Assembly: GCA_043824495.1 (NCBI GenBank)
Contig: JBDRSV010000029.1
Span: 1-41,542, forward strand
Length of the DNA: 41,542 nucleotides
Reading direction: 5' to 3'
Origin: Candidatus Aenigmatarchaeota archaeon
GTDB taxonomy: Archaea; Aenigmatarchaeota; Aenigmatarchaeia; QMZP01
Of the stretch, positions 8,099 to 16,584 are shown in pieces (the stretch's first letter is position 1; each line of letters opens with the position of its first letter). The notes beneath the pieces are model-generated. The model was not told the DNA's origin. It saw only the letters and a program-made list of their open reading frames with translations, and did no database searches. A program made the position numbers and the translations under genes.

Positions 8099-9016
8099 TT
8101 AGCAGCGTAGCATGCCAGTCGACACAGAGGGTGTCGCATCTGTCCACGTCTCGATCGTCGTCTTCGCAGCGCCGTCACAGCTCACCTTCCAGGTAGCTGG
8201 ACCGGCGCGATTCGCGGCACCGTAATTGGAGAACTCGACCACGCTGGCTTTAGGCGGCGCACATGTCGCTTGTGTGGTGGTCGTCTCGGTCATCGTCACG
8301 AAAGGAGAAGCCACGGAATGACTCATAGCCATGTTCGTGCAGTCGTCGCAGGATACGCGGTCATATAGAACCATCGTCGTTTTCGAGTTCGGCTTGATGA
8401 CGTTGTACCTCAGATGTTCACCGGGATCGCCGATGTCGGTTTCGGTCGAGACCTCGGGCCTAACGGTAATATGGCCAATAGCAACGATGGGCAACATGAC
8501 GACGTTGTGAACCTCCCCACAACTTTGCCATTGGCCGCCGCCGCATTCGATCGTCGCCGCATTTGCGTTTCTGTCTTCGCTCGTACATGGATTTGGGAAA
8601 TCGCCCGTGCCCATGTCGTTCGTCACCATACACGCGTTTGCCGGCACATTCTCTTCTGCTGCCCGCATGTCGGTTTCCGTCTTGAACGTGTTGTTCGTCC
8701 GCGGGTTAGGATAACATGTCCATACCGCGCCGTTCTTCACCGTCATCACATTGGTCGCATCCGTGGTCGCCATCTGCGTGTCGGTGTCCTGCCGTACGAG
8801 CCGCTCACCATTCGTCATAGCCAGACCGTTTTGCTCGAACTGGTTGTTCGGTGCACGTGCAGTCTGCCATTCAGTCGCGCTTGAATTCGCAATCTGCGTC
8901 GTGGTGAGGGCTTCCGTGGTCGCCGTATTCATGGTCGTACCGACTGCCAAGACCGGGACAATCAAGATAGCCATAAAGACCGCGATACAGAAGAGTGGGT
9001 GGCGAAGTCTCGCCAT
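8099..9016 (-). CDS. GC-rich, compositionally alien ORF: predicted secreted Thr/Ala/Asn/Cys-rich protein of unknown function (305 aa)
   Basis: Strong SD GAGGAGG shortly before ATG 9016 (MARLRHPLF...); signal-peptide-like N-terminus; 11 Cys; no family recognised; 57-67% GC in two counted lines. Confidence 0.65.
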   Translation of the reverse strand: MARLRHPLFCIAVFMAILIVPVLAVGTTMNTATTEALTTTQIANSSATEWQTARAPNNQFEQNGLAMTNGERLVRQDTDTQMATTDATNVMTVKNGAVWTCYPNPRTNNTFKTETDMRAAEENVPANACMVTNDMGTGDFPNPCTSEDRNANAATIECGGGQWQSCGEVHNVVMLPIVAIGHITVRPEVSTETDIGDPGEHLRYNVIKPNSKTTMVLYDRVSCDDCTNMAMSHSVASPFVTMTETTTTQATCAPPKASVVEFSNYGAANRAGPATWKVSCDGAAKTTIETWTDATPSVSTGMLRC

Positions 9017-9019
9017 GAT

Positions 9020-9410
9020 GGAACCCTCCTCTTTCAAACATCGGTGAAATAGGGGCGCTGGAAGAAACGTCCTTGTTGTCTGTTGCGCCAGTTGGGACTT
9101 GTGGGATTAGCCAATCCCCGTAAGGTACAACTCTTTCCTTACTCGTGAGCTAAGCTTACTCCTTTCGTTCCTTGGATGAGGGTTTACTTGCGCTAGACAC
9201 GCAAATCTTCACTATTTCGAACAGAAGTCAGAACAAGTTGATATGGGATTTGAAGAATCGACCGCACTTGATCTACATTCAAGAAAACGCGTTATTGTCT
9301 TGCGTTTTCAGTTGCAGATGCTCATTCGAGATGTGTAGGATTAAGTGATTTTGCAAATAACCCATATGAAAACAAATTGTTTGAAATTAGTGAAAATGAT
9401 AAATCATATT
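9020..9410 (-). promoter_or_regulatory. Long, potentially structured 5' leader of the GC-rich ORF
   Basis: Hairpins gaaaacgc/gcgttttc (9283-9309), ttgcg/cgcaa (9188-9204), gggatt/aatccc (9103-9118), ggcgc/gcgcc (9054-9089); TATA-like tttaaata on the minus strand near 9433-9441. Confidence 0.45.
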
Positions 9411-9562
9411 ACTATATAATTTGGTTAAAATGTATTTAAACTTGTCAGATTATTATTTTTTTCTTAATTTTTTCTCAAAAATGCTCAAAACTGTCCAAAA
9501 ATTAGGTTTTTAAGCTAAATACTAATAGATTTTTAGGAAGCTCTTAGAAGCACCTATAATCT

Positions 9563-10666
9563 ATGACCAGAATAATACTCCTCTTGGACTTTGATTACTT
9601 TTATGCTCAGATAGAGGAACGGGATAATTCGAAATACAAAGACAAACCATTAGTTGTCTGTGTATATTCTGGAAGAACTGAAAATTCCGGCGCTGTAGCA
9701 ACTTGTAATTACAAAGCTCGAGATTTAGGTATAAGATCTGGAATGCCTATATCATTTGCACAGAAACATGCAGAAAAGGATTCAGAGACTGTTTTTATCC
9801 CAGTGAGAATGGATTATTACAAAGAAGTTTCTTCTGAAATAATGGAAATGCTCAGAAGTCATGCTGATAAATTTGAACAGGTAAGTGTGGATGAAGCTTA
9901 CTTGGATATCTCAGAGAGTTCTGGAGAAAATTATCAGAAAGCAGCTGTGATTGCAGCTAACATAAAGAAAGAGGTAAAAGAAAAATTTGAATTAACATGT
10001 TCTATTGGAATTGGTCCTAACAAGTTACTAGCTAAAATGTCTGCTGGTGTTCACAAACCAGATGGTTTAACTATAATTAAACCAGAAGATGTGAGAGAGT
10101 TCATGGATCCTCTCCTGGTGCACAAATTGTTTGGAATAGGACCTAAAACAACAAAAATTCTAGCTGCAAATAATGTCACAACAATAAGAGATCTTGCAAT
10201 GTATGATATAGGTGTTCTTCAGAGATTATTCGGAGAAAACAAAGGAGTACTTCTACATAACAGAGCTTTGGGAATTGATGAAGAGATTGTTGAGGATTCA
10301 GATAAACAACAAATATCCAGACTAACAACACTAAAAGAAGATACCATGAATATGGATATATTAGAAAAAACAGTAGAAGATTTAGCAAGAAGCGTATACA
10401 CAAAAACTGATAATATGGAAATTCAGTTCAAAACAGTTTCTATAATAGCAATTAATTCAGAACTACAAACAAGAACAAGAAGTAAAACACTTGACGAGCC
10501 TTCAGATGATTTAGATTCTATACAAAATTCATGTAAAGAGCTAATAAAGGATTTTCTTAAAGATCATCCAGAAAAACTAAGAAGAATTGGTGTTAGAATA
10601 TCTAATTTCTCAGATTATGAAAAGGAGAAAAAACAATCGGATTTAGGCAAGTTCTTCAAGAAGTGA
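9563..10666 (+). CDS. dinB: Y-family DNA polymerase IV (DinB/Dpo4)
   Basis: LLDFDYFYAQIE, VSVDEAYLD, CSIGIGPNKLLAKMS, KPDG, LFGIGPKT, little-finger LRRIGVRIS. Confidence 0.96.
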   Translation: MTRIILLLDFDYFYAQIEERDNSKYKDKPLVVCVYSGRTENSGAVATCNYKARDLGIRSGMPISFAQKHAEKDSETVFIPVRMDYYKEVSSEIMEMLRSHADKFEQVSVDEAYLDISESSGENYQKAAVIAANIKKEVKEKFELTCSIGIGPNKLLAKMSAGVHKPDGLTIIKPEDVREFMDPLLVHKLFGIGPKTTKILAANNVTTIRDLAMYDIGVLQRLFGENKGVLLHNRALGIDEEIVEDSDKQQISRLTTLKEDTMNMDILEKTVEDLARSVYTKTDNMEIQFKTVSIIAINSELQTRTRSKTLDEPSDDLDSIQNSCKELIKDFLKDHPEKLRRIGVRISNFSDYEKEKKQSDLGKFFKK

Positions 10667-10684
10667 TTTGTGATTGGAGGAAAA

Positions 10685-11977
10685 ATGAAAAAATACATAA
10701 AAATGGAAGAGGAATTCCAAGGAGGAAGCATAGACAGAGTATTCTCTGCTGATATACAAATAGATATTTTTATAATGAATACTGTAGAACTGATAAAAGA
10801 ATCTGGGGACAACCCAACTTTTAGTGTTGGGTTTGGTGGAAGTGTTCTAGGAGACCCGGACATATACAAAGATATTGTATTTTTCGGCTGTTGTGACAAG
10901 AACTTGTATGCTGTTTCTTTCAAGGGCGAAGAATTATGGAGATTTAAAACAGGAAATGTGGTCTCTAGCTGTACTGTATCTGACGACAAAATATATGTAG
11001 GATCATATGACTTTAACTTATATTGTATAGGAGTAGATGGGGAACTGGTGTGGAAATATGAAACAGGAGATATGGTGGTTTGTAAACCAGTTGTTCATAA
11101 AGATGTTGTATATTTTGGCAGTAGAGACAACAATATTTATGCTGTAACCACAGAAGGAAAACTCATATGGAAATTCGAAACAAAAGGTGAAGTAGCAAGT
11201 GATCCATACATACACGATGATACTTTGTACTTTGGTTCCAATGATTACAAATTGTATGCTCTCACACTTGACGGAAAACTAAAGTGGAGTTTTACTACAA
11301 AAGGTAGTGTATGGGGAGTATATGTGGATGAAAGCGGTGTGTATCTAAGTTCTTATGATAAAAATTTTTATTGCTTGGATTTGAACGGGAATGAAAAATG
11401 GTCTTTTCAAATAGGTCACCGCCTTGGCAGAAGACCAGTGTGTCATAACAATACAATTTATATAATTTCTCTTGATCACAACCTTTACGCATTCACAAAA
11501 GATGGGAAATTATTATGGAAATTCCCAACAAATGATATACTATTCTCACTTCCATGTTTTGATGAAGAAAATATCTACTTGGGATCTGTAGATAAAAACA
11601 TCTACTGTATAGACCAAAAAACAGGAACAGAAAAGTGGAGATTTAGCTGTGGAGGTCCAATTGCAGCAAATATTATATTAAAAAACGGGATTATATTTGT
11701 AGGTGGTTGGGATTGTAAGATATTTGCACTCACAACCAAAGGTGAACTACTTTGGGAAGTTCCAACGAGCTCAAGCTACATGGCTCCCATTGAATTTGAA
11801 ACTCCTCAAGAAGAAATACGCACAGCCCAGATTATTTGGACTGAAGAGACAAGTAAAGAAGAAGACATATACAAAGGAAAAGAAGAATCTGTAGAATTTG
11901 GAGGTTATGGTAATTTCCAAACAAGTTATAGAATATTTTCTGATTATACAGGATCAAAAAAGAAATATGCTAAGTAG
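10685..11977 (+). CDS. PQQ-like beta-propeller repeat protein, no signal peptide
   Basis: Repeated 'YVGSYDxxLYxxxxxGxLxWxF' blades; GGAGG SD before ATG 10685. Confidence 0.88.
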   Translation: MKKYIKMEEEFQGGSIDRVFSADIQIDIFIMNTVELIKESGDNPTFSVGFGGSVLGDPDIYKDIVFFGCCDKNLYAVSFKGEELWRFKTGNVVSSCTVSDDKIYVGSYDFNLYCIGVDGELVWKYETGDMVVCKPVVHKDVVYFGSRDNNIYAVTTEGKLIWKFETKGEVASDPYIHDDTLYFGSNDYKLYALTLDGKLKWSFTTKGSVWGVYVDESGVYLSSYDKNFYCLDLNGNEKWSFQIGHRLGRRPVCHNNTIYIISLDHNLYAFTKDGKLLWKFPTNDILFSLPCFDEENIYLGSVDKNIYCIDQKTGTEKWRFSCGGPIAANIILKNGIIFVGGWDCKIFALTTKGELLWEVPTSSSYMAPIEFETPQEEIRTAQIIWTEETSKEEDIYKGKEESVEFGGYGNFQTSYRIFSDYTGSKKKYAK

Positions 11978-12431
11978 TTGGATCTCTTAATTTAGGCGAG
12001 TTGAACCATAATCCTGTTACTAAGTTCCTTCCACCTCTTTCTTCGAATACTGTTCTTACCTGTACTCCACTTTCTTTTTCAAATTCTGCGCTGTAGATAA
12101 CAATGGTGTAAGGTCCTTGTTTTAACACGGTTGGAGATGCTCTTGATACGTGTAATCCAATTTTAGACATAATGGTCTCTCGATTTTCTAAAAACACAGC
12201 TTCTGTGAATGCTTCTCTCATTTCCCATGTGAAATCTGTAGAAAGCTTTTCATAATCTCCCTCATTGAATCCTAGGAGTATCATGTCTATCATATGATCT
12301 GCATAGCCTAAGATTTCTTCCTTTTCTTCTCCGAAGATTTCTATAGATTGTGATTGGTAAATGTAAATAGAAATAAGTGTTATAATGATAATTGCTAATA
12401 TAACAATTCCAATGATCAGTTTTTGGTTCAT
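11970..12431 (-). CDS. Membrane-anchored DUF3887-like protein
   Basis: N-terminal TM; GFNEGDYEKLSTDF...AEFEKE...VTGLWFNSPKL pattern. Confidence 0.65.
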   Translation of the reverse strand: MNQKLIIGIVILAIIIITLISIYIYQSQSIEIFGEEKEEILGYADHMIDMILLGFNEGDYEKLSTDFTWEMREAFTEAVFLENRETIMSKIGLHVSRASPTVLKQGPYTIVIYSAEFEKESGVQVRTVFEERGGRNLVTGLWFNSPKLRDPTT

Positions 12432-12455
12432 GTAATATAATTAGATGCAATTTAA

Positions 12456-12749
12456 TTAAAATTTAAGCTTCTTCTCAACAACATCGTCAAATTCAGGGTG
12501 GTCTTTCAAGAATTTGTCTTTAATGTATGGGCATGAAGGAATTATTGTATATCCTTTCGCTCTAGCCTTATTGAATACATGTAAAACAAGCTTCTCTGCT
12601 ATTCCCTGTCCACTGAACTTATCAGGAACAATTACCTGATGAACATCCCATATTTTGTTTATTTGTGTATAAGCTAGAACAGCTTCCATATTTTCAAGTT
12701 CTACGTAGAATTTTTGTCCTACTGGATCGTGATGTATTTCGAGTTCCAT
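12456..12749 (-). CDS. Small GNAT acetyltransferase (YjdJ-like)
   Basis: HQVIVPDKFSGQGIAEKLV and IIPSCPYI motifs. Confidence 0.88.
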   Translation of the reverse strand: MELEIHHDPVGQKFYVELENMEAVLAYTQINKIWDVHQVIVPDKFSGQGIAEKLVLHVFNKARAKGYTIIPSCPYIKDKFLKDHPEFDDVVEKKLKF

Positions 12750-12757
12750 GTAATCTC

Positions 12758-13072
12758 CTAATATCTTCTCATTATAGGATCAATTCTGTGAGCCCATTCA
12801 TTAATACCGCCTGCTAAACTCTTGACATTCTTGAATCCTTGATCTCTCATATATCTAGCTGCCACGAAGCTTCTTTCTCCGCTATGGCAGTATAGAACTA
12901 TTTCTGAATTCTTGTTTATTGCACCTATGTGATTCATTAGATTACCTAAAGGTAAATGAGAAGATGGTTCTATATGGCATATATTTCTTTCCATATTTTC
13001 TCTTACATCTATCAAGGTAACTTTGCCTAGTTTTTCTTTTAGTTTGTTAACATCTATTTCTAATTCGTGCAT
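12758..13072 (-). CDS. Single-domain rhodanese
   Basis: LIDVRE, IVLYCHSGERS, LAGGINEW. Confidence 0.92.
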   Translation of the reverse strand: MHELEIDVNKLKEKLGKVTLIDVRENMERNICHIEPSSHLPLGNLMNHIGAINKNSEIVLYCHSGERSFVAARYMRDQGFKNVKSLAGGINEWAHRIDPIMRRY

Positions 13073-13076
13073 AAGA

Positions 13077-13691
13077 TCACTTGAAAACTTTTCCGGTTTC
13101 TTGTGACCATAAGAGTATGTCTAATTCAGCTGGTGGTATACCAACTTTACTAGCAAATCTTTTCATCTTATCTTCAATTTCAAAATATTTGCTAGGAGTC
13201 ATACTTTTTGGTATTTCTCTTATTGCTCTATGCTTGACAAGATTTTTTAATATGTGTCTATCGAGTATCATTAGGTCTTCTGCAAATCCTACATTTCTTA
13301 GAAAATGTGAAGCTTCTTTGTATCCAAATCCCTTAACATTCTCAACTAACCATTCTCTTGCTTCTTCCTGGTTTAAATTTTCTAATTCTCTTCTCAGTTC
13401 ACCATTCGCGAATTTTCTTGCTCCTATTAGATGATTTATTTTATTGTTGTAAAATCTTACACTTTGCATATATTTTGCTAATTGGCTACTGCTACCGTCA
13501 TATAGAAGTCCATTTTCTTTTAAATCACAAACAGCTTTCCAACAAGCTTCAGCTTTTGATTGTGGTGTAAACAAGCAGAAAGCGAGCTCTTCAAACAGGT
13601 TGTCATTTGATTTCCATACTTTTCGGAAATCCTGAAGTCTGGACTTTATTTCGATTTTTTTTTCTTCGTATGATTCAATTAAATTTTCCAT
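13077..13691 (-). CDS. ogg: 8-oxoguanine N-glycosylase/DNA lyase (archaeal/thermophile Ogg type)
   Basis: ELAFCLFTPQS, HhH VKGFGYKEASHFLRNVG, ILDRHIL, LDILLWSQETGKVFK. Confidence 0.92.
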   Translation of the reverse strand: MENLIESYEEKKIEIKSRLQDFRKVWKSNDNLFEELAFCLFTPQSKAEACWKAVCDLKENGLLYDGSSSQLAKYMQSVRFYNNKINHLIGARKFANGELRRELENLNQEEAREWLVENVKGFGYKEASHFLRNVGFAEDLMILDRHILKNLVKHRAIREIPKSMTPSKYFEIEDKMKRFASKVGIPPAELDILLWSQETGKVFK

Positions 13692-13761
13692 GTTATCTTA
13701 TAGAAAATAAGATTATTAAGTCTTAGTGATTAAAACCCTATTTTGACAATATAAATCAGAA

Positions 13762-14241
13762 TTACATGACAATTAAATTGCCTTTCATTCCATTTGCTCT
13801 GTGACTTCCTACACTGCAGTAATATTCGAATGTTCCTTTCTGGTCAGCAACAAATTCTACAAATGTAGAGACATCAGTCTGTACTCTCTCTGTAGCTGCA
13901 TCGAATTCATCTACAACCCAGTCATGGAAGCCTTGTGTGCTTGTAAATTCTATGCGAACTGTGTCACCCTCATTCACTGTGAGATCAGGTGCTTCTTCTC
14001 CATCAAGTAAGAATTTGAAATCTTCACCTCTAAGAATGAATGTTACATCTGGTTCTCCTGTATTTACTTGTGTTTCATCTACTGTACTACCAGGTACTGG
14101 AGTTTGAGTTGTTACGTCTTCACCATTTCCGTTTGTAGGTGTGTTTGTATCAATTGGTTCTGTACCTGTAGTACACCCGCTAACACCTACCACAATGGCA
14201 AGCAATAAAACGAGTCCCAAAAACGTGTAGTTCTTTGACAT
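13762..14241 (-). CDS. Cupredoxin-domain (type-1 copper) lipoprotein
   Basis: Lipobox-like VSGC, Thr/Pro linker, H(DW)...YYCSVGSHRANGM ligand set. Confidence 0.88.
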   Translation of the reverse strand: MSKNYTFLGLVLLLAIVVGVSGCTTGTEPIDTNTPTNGNGEDVTTQTPVPGSTVDETQVNTGEPDVTFILRGEDFKFLLDGEEAPDLTVNEGDTVRIEFTSTQGFHDWVVDEFDAATERVQTDVSTFVEFVADQKGTFEYYCSVGSHRANGMKGNLIVM

Positions 14242-14300
14242 TGAGTCTTAATTGCGCTTTATGAATTAATAACTTTTGGGTTGAATTGTTAAAATTAAGT

Positions 14301-14978
14301 TTAATTCTTTTCAACCAACTTCACGTTCTTGAATAAGTACATACCTGAGTCACGATCCCAGATTGTTTCAGCACCTCTTACTTCTAGTTTCTTCTTGAAA
14401 TTTGGACCATCTAGAACAAAGCTTTCGAATTCACCTCCTTCTCCAGCTAAATGGAATCTGTGTTTGGTGGCAAGTTTCTTAAGTTCTCGGAATGTTTCAC
14501 CCTCTACAACACGACCTAACCACTCCTTTCCAAGACCTTCACATGCAACTCCTATAATCATAACCCTGAATCCAGCTTCTAGGATGAGGTTCCAATAGTC
14601 TTCTGAATCTATTTTCCAATATGGAACAATTGTCTTAAGCTTGAGAGCATCTGCAATTCCCTGTATTCTATTATATTGATATTTACTTGCAAGACCACCA
14701 GCTATGATTCCCTCTATTCCTTTCACATTTTCTATAGCTTTTCTAAGATCTTTCAGTTCTTTTTCTTTTTCGCCTTTGGTGTCCTTCATCACATGAGGTA
14801 TCCCCATGGCTTCTGCTTGATAACTTGTGAACTTGATATTAGGAAAATGAAACATGTAGGATTCTGGGTTTCTAGAGTCCATAGAAACAAGCTTAATCAC
14901 GTCATGTCCTTTTTGTATACTATCATAAACGGCAAGAGTAGAATCTTTCCCCCCTGAATATAATGCTGCTAATTTCAT
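14301..14978 (-). CDS. dph6: Diphthine--ammonia ligase (Dph6, PP-loop ATPase)
   Basis: LYSGGKDS, ESYMFH, LAGEGGEFESFVLDGP. Confidence 0.9.
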   Translation of the reverse strand: MKLAALYSGGKDSTLAVYDSIQKGHDVIKLVSMDSRNPESYMFHFPNIKFTSYQAEAMGIPHVMKDTKGEKEKELKDLRKAIENVKGIEGIIAGGLASKYQYNRIQGIADALKLKTIVPYWKIDSEDYWNLILEAGFRVMIIGVACEGLGKEWLGRVVEGETFRELKKLATKHRFHLAGEGGEFESFVLDGPNFKKKLEVRGAETIWDRDSGMYLFKNVKLVEKN

Positions 14979-15811
14979 TATTGTACCTCAAAATCTATAC
15001 AGACTTTCCAAGTCCGTGGCCCATAAGCGAGAACCTTTCTCTTATTTAGTATTCTTACTTTTCTTTTCAATTTATTGGCTTCTTCTTTTATTAGTTTCAC
15101 AGGTTCTGTGAAGAGGTCTTCTTCTGGTGAAACATGATATAAATGAATTACTCCGGATTGTTTCACAGCTTTGATGGCTTCTGGTAAGAACTTATAAGCA
15201 TCTTTTGGAAGAGGCATTAAAACTCTGTTACATTTTCGATAAAATCTTTTAGTTTCTTTCTTCACGTCTCCGCAAATCACTTCAACTTTGTCTTGAACTT
15301 TATTCAGCTCTACATTCTTCACAGCGTATTTACAAGCATCTTTATTTAGTTCTATGGAATATACCTTCACATTCTTCTTTTTAGCTATTATAATTGAGAA
15401 CGGTGCTATACCTGAAAACATTACAAGAATTGTTTCACCATGTTTAACTTGGTCTAGAATTCTCTGTCTTTCAGTTGATTCTCTTGGTGAAAAATAGGTT
15501 TTCTTCACATCTAGAAAGAAAGAGCATCCGAACTCTTTGTGAATTGTTTCAGTCTTCTTTCTGACTCTTTTTGACTTGATAACTTTAATTTTTCTGAGTC
15601 TTAATTCACCTTCTCTTTCACCCAACTTCTTGCAAACAGTTTGAACATGTTTATTTACCTTCATGACAGCTTCTGCTAATTGTTTATCATACTTCTTCAA
15701 ACCTTCTACTTCTTCTAATATAGCTACATCGCCTACTAAATCGAAGCTTGTTTTCAATTTTTCAAGTTCACGTTTGCTTAACTTTTCCTTCATGATCTCT
15801 TTTATATTCAT
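14978..15811 (-). CDS. Trm5/Taw2-family (Met-10+) tRNA SAM-dependent transferase
   Basis: FDLVGDVAIL, TIHKEFGCSFFLDVKKTYFSPR, VMFSGIAPFSI, RVLMPLP. Confidence 0.88.
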   Translation of the reverse strand: MNIKEIMKEKLSKRELEKLKTSFDLVGDVAILEEVEGLKKYDKQLAEAVMKVNKHVQTVCKKLGEREGELRLRKIKVIKSKRVRKKTETIHKEFGCSFFLDVKKTYFSPRESTERQRILDQVKHGETILVMFSGIAPFSIIIAKKKNVKVYSIELNKDACKYAVKNVELNKVQDKVEVICGDVKKETKRFYRKCNRVLMPLPKDAYKFLPEAIKAVKQSGVIHLYHVSPEEDLFTEPVKLIKEEANKLKRKVRILNKRKVLAYGPRTWKVCIDFEVQ

Positions 15812-15839
15812 ATGAAGTTTGTGTGAAACAGTCTGTGAA

Positions 15840-16406
15840 TCACACGGAGCCTCCTGTTCCTAAAGTGAATGTTTCAACATCAGAATAAATAGGTCCCCCT
15901 GCTCGTAGTACACTCTTCACAAGTTTGATTTTATTAACACTGAACTCTCCCACTTCTACATCTTTCATTTTTTCTATTTCGCTTAACAGATCTTCACGTC
16001 CTATATTGGAAGATACACGTGCTAATGTGATGTGTGGTGAAGGTTTATGATCATCTTGTCTTATGTGTTCTAACCCCTTGTTTAACTCTGTTATTATATT
16101 GATTGTTTCATCCGTACCCTCTGCTAAACCCAACCATATAACTTTCATAAATTTCGGATTACCAAAATAACCCATTCCCTTTATGTGTGTTTTAAATGAG
16201 TCATATGAACTGGTTATATCTGAAATGATCTTCACAACTGAAGTAACATCACCTTCACGCACTTCACCTAGAAACTTTAATGTGATGTGAATGTTATCCA
16301 CGTTTGAAATATTAAGATCTGCTCCAGTTTCCTCTAAGCTTTCAACTAATTCTTTGATTCTATCTTTAATTTCTACAGGTAAATCAATAGCAATAAACAA
16401 CCTCAT
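15840..16406 (-). CDS. thpR: RNA 2',3'-cyclic phosphodiesterase (2H family)
   Basis: MRLFIAI, two HITL motifs, SVLRAGGPIY. Confidence 0.94.
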   Translation of the reverse strand: MRLFIAIDLPVEIKDRIKELVESLEETGADLNISNVDNIHITLKFLGEVREGDVTSVVKIISDITSSYDSFKTHIKGMGYFGNPKFMKVIWLGLAEGTDETINIITELNKGLEHIRQDDHKPSPHITLARVSSNIGREDLLSEIEKMKDVEVGEFSVNKIKLVKSVLRAGGPIYSDVETFTLGTGGSV

Positions 16407-16463
16407 TATAATTTTTATGAAATCATGATATATTAAGCTTTCTTCACGTATTATTCACATAAC

Positions 16464-16503
16464 CTTCACACGAAACGTGAAATACTGTCCTTTTCGTGTG
16501 AAG
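16464..16503. promoter_or_regulatory. Perfect 12-bp inverted repeat with 16-bp spacer between divergent thpR and AAA genes
   Basis: cttcacacgaaa (16464-16475) and tttcgtgtgaag (16492-16503). Confidence 0.7.
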
Positions 16504-16584
16504 ATGGTGCAAGCATACCAATAAGCTTTTAAATTTAAATCCTATGATATGTTATTGGGGTATAACTTAGACTAAGGTGTGAAG

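Noticed and set aside
8099-9016. GC-rich ORF as a DGR template repeat (many AAC codons)
   Set aside because: No reverse transcriptase and no adenine-variant second copy seen in the window.
8414-9047. Plus-strand ORFs of 156 and 98 aa inside the GC-rich unit
   Set aside because: Expected in GC-rich DNA; no SD or family signal, whereas the minus ORF has an SD and a signal peptide. Not formally excluded.
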